A stretch of DNA of 64,000 nt from the NCBI GenBank assembly GCA_049515835.1, contig JBEKTR010000001.1:10070-74069 (forward strand), given 5' to 3'. A model generated the notes under the pieces. That model was not told where the DNA came from and searched no databases. It worked only from the letters and a program-made list of their open reading frames with translations. This DNA is from Terriglobales bacterium (GTDB lineage: Bacteria > Acidobacteriota > Terriglobia > Terriglobales > Acidobacteriaceae). Below, one piece after another: positions 19,758 to 26,713 of this stretch; the stretch's first letter is position 1; every line of letters starts with the position of its first letter. The position numbers and the translations under genes were made by a program.

Positions 19758-19850
19758 AACGTGAAAGCTCCAGTCGTTCCTGATTGCCCGTTCAACTTTG
19801 CCAGCCTACGGCTTGCCCGCGGAAACCAGAATCCGGTGGACACTCTACTG

Positions 19851-19893
19851 CCGCTTCAGTTTTCGGGTAAGACCGTCTCAGGCTGAATGGGTA
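19851..19893 (+). repeat. 43-bp direct repeat, copy 1
   Basis: ccgcttcagttttcgggtaagaccgTctcaggctgaatgggta. It differs from the copy at 22018-22060 at one base. Confidence 0.9.
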
Positions 19894-19924
19894 CTCCAGG
19901 AGCGTTGCAACATATGGTTGGCTG

Positions 19925-20244
19925 CCCCACCATTTTGCGCACTGTGCAAAAGGGTGGGCTATGGAGTCCGAAATTCCGAGCCTGGGGCTGGGCCAACCAA
20001 ACGCCGCTTGCCGCATGCATCTCCTCTGCTGAGGCTGCCCCATCATTTCGCGTTTTTTGCGAAAGGGTGGGAGATGATGCCCTCGACACAATCATTCTTG
20101 GAAGCATAAATCGGCCGAACTTTCAGCCGTGAGAAAGACCTTAGCGACATCCTTGGTGCCCATGCTTCGAACCCCGCGAAGCATGAGGCATCCTCATCAG
20201 AGAAGATCCGTACGAAGGCCGGAGCTTGGTTGGGCCAGCCCCCC
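19925..20244. repeat. cluster of REP-like hairpin elements
   Basis: Hairpins with arms CCCC(A/G)(C/T)C.TT.GC / GC.AAGG(G/A)(T/C)GGG at 19925-19958 and 20037-20071. A perfect 9-bp hairpin at 20161-20184. Companion motifs ggggctgggccaaccaa (19984) and ttggttgggccagcccccc (20226). Confidence 0.7.
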
Positions 20245-20421
20245 GAAAAGTTGCTCACGAACCATTCAGTGAGCGGGCTCGTTCCGAGAAGACAGGCAAC
20301 GAATTTAGATGTGGGAGCCTCCAACTGCCCGCGCCAACTACGTCTAGGTTTAAACCACGTCTAGTTGTCCGTTGTTTTTGTCCGCTCCCGAGGGTTGGGT
20401 GTCTTGTCAGGAGAAATAGTT

Positions 20422-21723
20422 ATGAGTAAGTCCCTTCGTCTATTGGCGGCCGTCGCGGCAGTATGCATTTTGACCGCTCTTACCCAAGCTCAAATCCAAA
20501 CCGCCAAAGCAACCAACTACAAAGAAGAAGTTCTGCATGCCTTCAATCGCACAAGCGATGGCTGGGTACCCACCTCACTAGTCCGGGATGCGAAAGGGAA
20601 CCTTTATGGGGCTAACGCTTACGGCGGGTATTTGGGTGATGGATGTGACTCCTTTTTTCCCGGTTGTGGGACCGTCTTTGAATTAACTGCTGAGGGGAAA
20701 TTCAAGCTATTACATACGTTCAAGTACGACGATGGGGCTGTGCCTGTTGGCAACTTAATTCAAGATGCCAGCGGAAATCTTTATGGCACAACCAACGATG
20801 GTGGCAACAACGGTAAATGTGAGAGTGGATGTGGAGTGGTGTTCAAGCTAACCCCAGCGGGCAAGTTCACGATGCTGTATAACTTCACCGGGTCAGAGGG
20901 ATCGAACCCTACTTCGGGAGTCATCATAGATGCCGCAGGGAACCTCTACGGGGTAGCGCAAACCTATGGTGCTGGGGAGGTGTTCGAGTTGACCGCTTCC
21001 GGCGATTTTCGTGTGGTCTACAGTTTCAATGGAACTACTGACGGAGGGAGCCCCAACGGGGTGATCCAGGACAGCAACGGGAACCTGTATGGCACTACCG
21101 CCTACGGCGGCGACGCGCCGTGTTACTTTCACCAAACTGGAGTTGGCTGTGGTGTGGTTTACAAACTGGATACGAGTGGTAACGAGACGGTCCTTTACCG
21201 TTTTAAAGGATTATCAGATGGTGCCTTCCCTGGTGCACCTCTATTCATGGACAAGGCGGGAAATCTCTATGGCACCACCACACGGGGCGGGGACGATAAA
21301 GGGAATTGCAATCACACCAATGAGCTGCTCCCAGGATGCGGGACCATTTTTGAGATCGACACCGCTGGAACCTTTTCCGTGCTTTTCACATTTGATAGCG
21401 CGGACGGTTACAGTCCCAATCAGATAATGCAAGATGCTCATGGAAACCTATACGGAACCACTCCCAGCGGTGGCAACGGCAAGTGTTCATACGGAGACTA
21501 CGCCATCGGCTGCGGTGTGGTATTCAAATTGACTCCCAGCGGTAAAGAATCGGTATTGCATAACTTCAGGGGGCAATGGGATGGTGGCAATCCTTCTGGA
21601 GCAGTCGTAGAAGACAGCAAAGGGAATTTTTACGGCACCACTTACTACGGTGGCGACCTCTCCTGTGTTCCGTACAACGGGTCTGGCCCAGGTTGCGGGG
21701 TGATTTTTGAGCTGACACCATAA
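20422..21723 (+). CDS. secreted GloVer-type tandem-repeat protein
   Basis: ATG after AGGAGA. Signal peptide MSKSLRLLAAVAAVCILTALTQAQ, seven repeats, and the ending GVIFELTP. Confidence 0.8.
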   Translation: MSKSLRLLAAVAAVCILTALTQAQIQTAKATNYKEEVLHAFNRTSDGWVPTSLVRDAKGNLYGANAYGGYLGDGCDSFFPGCGTVFELTAEGKFKLLHTFKYDDGAVPVGNLIQDASGNLYGTTNDGGNNGKCESGCGVVFKLTPAGKFTMLYNFTGSEGSNPTSGVIIDAAGNLYGVAQTYGAGEVFELTASGDFRVVYSFNGTTDGGSPNGVIQDSNGNLYGTTAYGGDAPCYFHQTGVGCGVVYKLDTSGNETVLYRFKGLSDGAFPGAPLFMDKAGNLYGTTTRGGDDKGNCNHTNELLPGCGTIFEIDTAGTFSVLFTFDSADGYSPNQIMQDAHGNLYGTTPSGGNGKCSYGDYAIGCGVVFKLTPSGKESVLHNFRGQWDGGNPSGAVVEDSKGNFYGTTYYGGDLSCVPYNGSGPGCGVIFELTP

Positions 21724-21819
21724 CACGAATGGAGAGCGGTAGAGACTGGTGCGTTGCTCTGGCGGGTGGCCCATGCTTTCGCTCCGACTTTTTTCTTATC
21801 GTGCTAAGAGACTGCGGGT

Positions 21820-22016
21820 GCCCCATCCTTGCGCTTTTCGCAAGGGTGGGAAACACAGGCTTGGACGACAAATGTCTCCGGCAGTATAAATCGCCACGCT
21901 CTCAACAGGTGAAACCAATGACATCGAGGTCGGTGATACCCGCCCTTCGCAAACTGCGCGAAGGACGGGGCACCCACAGTGGTAATGGTGTCGGCGATTA
22001 AAGGCCGGGCCACCCG
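21820..22016. repeat. cluster of REP-like hairpin elements
   Basis: Hairpins at 21820-21850 and 21939-21970 of the same family. Companion motif ggccgggccaccc at 22004. Confidence 0.7.
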
Positions 22017-22017
22017 C

Positions 22018-22060
22018 CCGCTTCAGTTTTCGGGTAAGACCGCCTCAGGCTGAATGGGTA
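22018..22060 (+). repeat. 43-bp direct repeat, copy 2
   Basis: ccgcttcagttttcgggtaagaccgCctcaggctgaatgggta. Confidence 0.9.
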
Positions 22061-22262
22061 GGAAGGACGGTGAATAAACAGGCGGAAACCGTTTGTGGTT
22101 TCGGGCCAAGCCAAACTCTACCTCTAACACATATCTAGAAGTACATGTCCCGAAGTAGTAATATCGTGGCACGTTCGGTAGGCTGGCCCTGCCCATGCGA
22201 CATCTATACAGGTGCGTGGCAATAACGGACTCTAACTGGTACGTAGGCAGGAGTTCGTCTAA

Positions 22263-23141
22263 ATGCAAATCTTTGCCCTTGAGTCCGAATATTTAGACAG
22301 TCCCAAAGTTGACCCTATGGGCTACAAAGAAGATCTACAACGCCTTCATTCTAAAATAGACGCCGTCGCAAACAACATCGCCAATGCTCCGAAGGCCGCT
22401 GTTGGCGTCTGGCAGAAGGCCAGTCCAATCATCGCGTTCTGCGCCCTAGCGTTTGCATTGTTCAGCTTCTGGTCCAACCATTCTGCCGCGGACCTTAAGA
22501 ATCAGGTCACATTGGAAGTATCTAACCAATTGAAGGATCCGCTCAAGAAACTCGATGACGTGTCTTTCGATGTCAAAGAGATAAAAAATACCTTGGCGTT
22601 TTATGGACTCAAGACGTTCGCCTCTTTGCCTAAATCAGAAGTCAAATCCGGACTACCTCAATTAAAAAAATACATAGAAATCGCTAATACTCAGAGATTG
22701 AGCGTGCCTCAAGAGATTCTTACAGATGTTCGCCAAAAACTTTCGGATGCCGACCCGCGTACCCCAGAATTTTGGGTTACCGTTGCCGCAGTAATCAACT
22801 ATCAGTCCCTCTTGGATCAGCTAAATGGGAACGCCCCAGATCCAACTAAGGTATCGAAAGCATGCGAGGGCATGACTGAGGGATCGGGCGGTCACAACTA
22901 TTTCTCGGGTATCAGAATCGGCGGCTGCATAGTGGACTTAGATACGAATGACACTTTCAGCAATGTAGTCATTTCGGATTCCGTGATCCGATATAGCGGA
23001 GGGCCCTTGAGTCTTTTGAACGTAACTTTCATTAACTGCAATTTTCAGGTCAACATTAAGCCCAACACTTCCCCTGAGGCGCCGAACCTTTTGTTGGCTC
23101 TTCTCGATTCCCCAAAGCAGAGCTCGGTCACGCTTCGTTAA
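22263..23141 (+). CDS. hypothetical membrane-anchored protein (orphan, visibly AT-richer than its neighbours)
   Basis: Long ORF with one TM segment (IIAFCALAFALFSFW). The C-terminal part has beta-helix-like short repeats (VVISDSVIRYSGGPLSLLNVTFINCNFQVNI). No family recognised and the start is uncertain. Confidence 0.4.
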   Translation: MQIFALESEYLDSPKVDPMGYKEDLQRLHSKIDAVANNIANAPKAAVGVWQKASPIIAFCALAFALFSFWSNHSAADLKNQVTLEVSNQLKDPLKKLDDVSFDVKEIKNTLAFYGLKTFASLPKSEVKSGLPQLKKYIEIANTQRLSVPQEILTDVRQKLSDADPRTPEFWVTVAAVINYQSLLDQLNGNAPDPTKVSKACEGMTEGSGGHNYFSGIRIGGCIVDLDTNDTFSNVVISDSVIRYSGGPLSLLNVTFINCNFQVNIKPNTSPEAPNLLLALLDSPKQSSVTLR

Positions 23142-23162
23142 CGCTGGGCCTTCGTTGGGGGT

Positions 23163-23253
23163 GGGGGGCTGGCCCAACCAATCGCACTGATTTCTTGTCT
23201 ATACCTTCTTCTACATAGGATGCCCCGCCCTTCGCGGTTTTCGAAGGATGGGC
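23163..23253. repeat. REP-like element (companion motif plus hairpin)
   Basis: ggggggctggcccaaccaa at 23163-23181 is the exact reverse complement of 20226-20244. A hairpin lies at 23222-23253. Confidence 0.7.
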
Positions 23254-23399
23254 ACCACGAGACTCCATGACGTGGTTTTCCATCGGCTGAAAGTTCAACT
23301 GATTTATGTTCCAGTGAGGTTTGTACTTCGAGCCCGTCATGTCGATACGAAAGGCGCGGCTCGAAAGGGCCCCCACCGAAACTGCCGTCAGAGAGGGCG

Positions 23400-24560
23400 T
23401 CACCCCTGCATCAAGTGGCACGAGTGCGTCTTCACCACCAGCCAGACTTCGCGGCCCGGTTCGAGGGCGAGCGAATCGCGGGCGGCCAGCGTCAGATGCA
23501 CTTCCATTTCGACGCCGCAATTCACTTTTGCAGCCACGATCATGTCGCGCCTTTCCAGGCTGACGACGTCGCCGGGCAGAATGTTGCGCGCGCTCAATCC
23601 CATGGGCAGGATGGTCGAAATCAAAATATCTCCCGCGCGAATGCCAACGCGCAGCGTCTCCCCGATTGCCGCGCGTACCAGCGGCGTCTCCAGTAGAATC
23701 GACGGCCCAATTTGGCATGTCATGGTCCCTCTGTCCTCGTTGAGCGTGAGCACCGTGGCGTCGAGAATGTTTTCAAACCCAGCAAGTTGCGCGACCGTCT
23801 CCCGTCGCGGCGCGGACAGCACTTCATGCGGCGTCCCCTGCGCGGTAACTTTTCCGTTTTCCAAAATCAGCGCCCGCTCGCCGAGCGCAAACACCTCTTC
23901 GCGACTGTGCGTAACGTACACAATCGGAATGTGATGGACATTATTCCACTCGCGCAAGTCTTCAATGATTTTTGATTTTGTCGCGGCATCGAGCGCAGCC
24001 AGCGGTTCGTCGAGTAAGAGTACGCGCGGGTTCGTCACCAGAGCGCGTGCCACAGCCACACGCTGGCGCTCGCCGCCCGATAGCTCTTGGGGTTTCCTGG
24101 AAGAAAGCAGCGAGATGCGGAACGATTCTAGAATCGCGCGAACTTTCTCGCGTTTCTCTTCCACAGGCAAGTGACTGATTCCGAATGCGATATTTTGCTC
24201 CGCACTCAAATGCGGAAACAGCGCCAAATCTTGAAACACATACCCGGCATTTCGTTTTTGCGGAGAAATATTCAACCCTTGCGCGACATCAACGAACAGT
24301 CCATCGCCCACCGCAATGCGGCCTGCGTCCGGTGCGGTCAGTCCAGCAATGCAGTCAAGCAGCGTGGTCTTCCCTGCTCCCGACGGCCCAAACAAAATCG
24401 TGATGCCGGGAGCAATCGATGTGTGGACATCGAGAACGAAACCGCCGGCAAAGGCCTTGCGGACATTCAGATGCAATGTTTGCAGATGCAAAGTCTGCGC
24501 GTCGGAACTTAGCTCTTCGGGTTTCATCTCCGGAGGTTTCACGAACGCTTTTTCAAACAC
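23400..24560 (-). CDS. modC: molybdate ABC transporter ATP-binding protein ModC (start codon uncertain: 24560, 24542 or 24527)
   Basis: Walker A GPSGAGKTT, signature LSGGERQRVAVARAL, Walker B LLLDEP. A C-terminal TOBE/Mop-like domain is typical of ModC. Confidence 0.85.
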   Translation of the reverse strand: MFEKAFVKPPEMKPEELSSDAQTLHLQTLHLNVRKAFAGGFVLDVHTSIAPGITILFGPSGAGKTTLLDCIAGLTAPDAGRIAVGDGLFVDVAQGLNISPQKRNAGYVFQDLALFPHLSAEQNIAFGISHLPVEEKREKVRAILESFRISLLSSRKPQELSGGERQRVAVARALVTNPRVLLLDEPLAALDAATKSKIIEDLREWNNVHHIPIVYVTHSREEVFALGERALILENGKVTAQGTPHEVLSAPRRETVAQLAGFENILDATVLTLNEDRGTMTCQIGPSILLETPLVRAAIGETLRVGIRAGDILISTILPMGLSARNILPGDVVSLERRDMIVAAKVNCGVEMEVHLTLAARDSLALEPGREVWLVVKTHSCHLMQG

Positions 24561-24649
24561 AACAACAATCTCACGGCATCAGAGATTGACTAATCGAAGG
24601 TTCTAATCTTGGGATCTTTATGATAACATGTCAGATATAACTGACAAAT

Positions 24650-24738
24650 GGAAGAATCAGGCATTGGCAAGCCCGGCGGACTTACAATCTTGATAAATCT
24701 TTGCAAGGTTCGCGGGTTTGAATCCCGTCTCTTCCGCG
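24650..24738 (+). pseudogene. degenerate tRNA-like sequence (type II / tRNA-Sec-like outline, anticodon arm not foldable)
   Basis: Acceptor GGAAGA/TCTTCC (6 bp), D arm GGC-ATTGGCAA-GCC, T arm GCGGG-TTTGAAT-CCCGT. The 5' GGAAGA... and 3' ...CTTCCG ends recall selC. The anticodon region GCGGA-CTTACAA-TCTTG does not pair. Confidence 0.3.
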
Positions 24739-24849
24739 CTTGCTTTTATATCACAGTTACGGCAGTGTAGATGCGCCCTTGAAACCCCACTGGAGCGGTG
24801 CTAGGCTGGATGTAAGTTATAACTCACACGCCGAGGCCGACCGAAATGC

Positions 24850-25179
24850 TTGGAAACCAGACCCGGCATAATCGAGATATTTGAAGACGAAAACGGTCGC
24901 TCTCCGTTCGATGATTGGACAAGCGAACTAGCCTCGAGTAACAAGAATCTGCTTGCGATCATTGACTCGAGAATTGGACGAATCCGGCGCGGTCTGCTCG
25001 GAGACTGTGAGCCCGTAGGAGAAGGCGTGTCGGAACTGAAAATCGACGTTGGTCCTGGATACAGAATTTACTTCGGTTGCCGAAGGGATATGGTAGTCAT
25101 TTTGCTGGCAGGAACCAAGAAGACGCAGAAGCAAGATATTAAGAAAGCCAAAAAGTTTTGGAGGAAGGACAATGCCTAG
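24850..25179 (+). CDS. type II toxin, RelE/ParE superfamily 'addiction module killer' (TIGR02683-like)
   Basis: ENGRSPFDDW...RIGRIRRGLLGDCEPVGEGVSELKIDVGPGYRIYF...VVILLAGTKKTQKQDIKKA matches the killer-protein signature. TTG start. Confidence 0.8.
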   Translation: METRPGIIEIFEDENGRSPFDDWTSELASSNKNLLAIIDSRIGRIRRGLLGDCEPVGEGVSELKIDVGPGYRIYFGCRRDMVVILLAGTKKTQKQDIKKAKKFWRKDNA

Positions 25180-25480
25180 ACGCAATCGAGACTATCATTC
25201 TTCGTTGCTTAAGAGATTGGCCGACCCTGAACTCGCTGAGAAGTACATTGAGGAAGCGGCCAAAGACTCTACTGAGTCACTCCTTATGGCCCTTAAAGAC
25301 GTTCTACAATCGCGTTTTCAAATGACGGAGGCTGCCAAGGCTACGGGAATCACCAGAGAGACTCTATACACGTCTCTATCCGATGAGGGGAATCCGACCA
25401 TCTCGACATTTTTTTCGGTGTTGAAATTGCTTGATGTAGACATCCATTATCGGTTCAAAGCAAAACGAAAAGGAACCTAG
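25172..25480 (+). CDS. type II antitoxin, HTH 'addiction module antidote' (TIGR02684-like, HigA-type)
   Basis: The ATG overlaps the toxin gene's 3' end (25172-25179). LADPELAEKYIEEAAKD...MTEAAKATGITRETLYTSLSDEGNPTISTFFSVLKLL matches the antidote family. Confidence 0.8.
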   Translation: MPRRNRDYHSSLLKRLADPELAEKYIEEAAKDSTESLLMALKDVLQSRFQMTEAAKATGITRETLYTSLSDEGNPTISTFFSVLKLLDVDIHYRFKAKRKGT

Positions 25481-25493
25481 ACAGAATCCACGC

Positions 25494-26162
25494 TCATCGT
25501 CCCACCATCCCCACGCGCCGATTCAATCCGTAGACCACCGCAAGCATCACAAACGAAAGCAGCAGCAGCACCAACGCGGTTTGATTGGCGGACGCGTAAT
25601 CCAATGCCTGCACTTTATCGTAGATATCAATTGAAACCGTGCTCGTCGCACCGGGAATGTCGCCACCCACCATCAGGACCACCCCGAATTCACCGAGAGT
25701 ATGCGCGAAACTCAGCACCACTCCGGTGATTACGCTGGGAATCGAGAGCGGCAGAATCACGCGCCAGAATGTTTTTGCCTTTGACGCGCCCAATGTGGCC
25801 GATGTGGCCAGCAATCGCGGATTCACCGCGGCAAACCCAGACGCGAACGGCTGCACCGCAAACGGCAGGCTGTAAAACACTGAGCCGATGACCAATCCCT
25901 GAAACGTGAACGCCAGCGGATGTCCCGTGAAATGCGCCCACGCGCGTCCGATGGGGCTGCGCGATCCGAGAGCGATCAGCAGGTAGAAACCAAGGACGGT
26001 CGGCGGCAGAACGATGGGCAGCGCGACGAGAGCTTCAACTAGAAATTTTCCGCGCCAACGCGAAAAGGCAATCCAGTGCGCGATCGGCAGTCCGACGACC
26101 AGCAAAATGCCCGCGACCAGCGTCGCCAGCTGAAAAGTAATCGCAAGAGCCTGCCAGTTCAT
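25494..26162 (-). CDS. modB: molybdate ABC transporter permease ModB
   Basis: ALPIVLPPTVLGFYLL, the EAA-like loop SATLGASKAKTFWRVILPLSIP and FAHTLGEFGVVLMVGGDIPG align with ModB/CysT-type permeases. Confidence 0.85.
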   Translation of the reverse strand: MNWQALAITFQLATLVAGILLVVGLPIAHWIAFSRWRGKFLVEALVALPIVLPPTVLGFYLLIALGSRSPIGRAWAHFTGHPLAFTFQGLVIGSVFYSLPFAVQPFASGFAAVNPRLLATSATLGASKAKTFWRVILPLSIPSVITGVVLSFAHTLGEFGVVLMVGGDIPGATSTVSIDIYDKVQALDYASANQTALVLLLLSFVMLAVVYGLNRRVGMVGR

Positions 26163-26338
26163 CTTCTATCTCTCAAATCTCGAATCTCTAAAATCTTGCC
26201 ATAGTGTAAATGCTTTCCTGCGAGCGTGTTACAGCCGTTCCCAATTTCGGGATATCCACAGGCACGATGTTCATCCGTCACAGCCAGATCCGCGCCGAAT
26301 TTCTAAGATTAGAAGATTTCTATTTCGAGGACATGCAT

Positions 26339-26704
26339 ATGGACCTTCAGGAAGCCATCAAGACCATTCGCGCGCTAGCGGATGGATTCGATCCGGAAAC
26401 CAACGACGCGTTGCCGAACGACTCCATCTGCCGCAAGCCATTGGCAGTCAAGGCCCTGAACCGCGCAGTGGGCGCACTCATCGCGGAACAGCAGCGCGAG
26501 AAAAGTCGCGCGGGCAACGCGGGCAAGTATTGGACAGGCAAGGAGGACGCAGAAGTCTGCGAGCAAGTTCGCAGCGGCATGGACTTTCACGACATCGCCA
26601 AACTACACAACCGCAGTGTGGCTTCGATCGTCGCGCGTCTGATCAAGCTGGGCAAGATTGCCCCGCCAAAAACAGCCAACGCCAAAACGGAAAAGGCCGC
26701 CTGA
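26339..26704 (+). CDS. hypothetical protein with Myb/SANT-like HTH (start uncertain: 26267, 26333 or 26339)
   Basis: WTGKEDAEVCEQVRSGMDFHDIAKLHNRSVASIVARLIKLG looks like an HTH. GAGGA lies upstream of the ATG. The stop is 10 nt before the giant gene. Confidence 0.4.
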   Translation: MDLQEAIKTIRALADGFDPETNDALPNDSICRKPLAVKALNRAVGALIAEQQREKSRAGNAGKYWTGKEDAEVCEQVRSGMDFHDIAKLHNRSVASIVARLIKLGKIAPPKTANAKTEKAA

Positions 26705-26713
26705 GGTCATCGA

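Noticed and set aside
19792-20324. Several 80-100-aa ORFs on both strands (..HPFAQCAKWWG.., ..FAKGWEMMP.., ..PFAKNAK). Similar ones lie at 21729-22268 and 23128-23260
   Set aside because: They are read-throughs of REP-like hairpins. They overlap each other in all frames and have no start signals. Their apparent 'conservation' is just repeat copies.
26163-26338. A Moco riboswitch or ModE box was looked for upstream of modB. An imperfect palindrome TTCTAAGATTAGAA was noted near 26303-26316
   Set aside because: The gap is too short and lacks the conserved Moco-motif helices as far as I can tell by eye. There is no CGnTATATA-type ModE half-site. The palindrome is only 5+5 bp.
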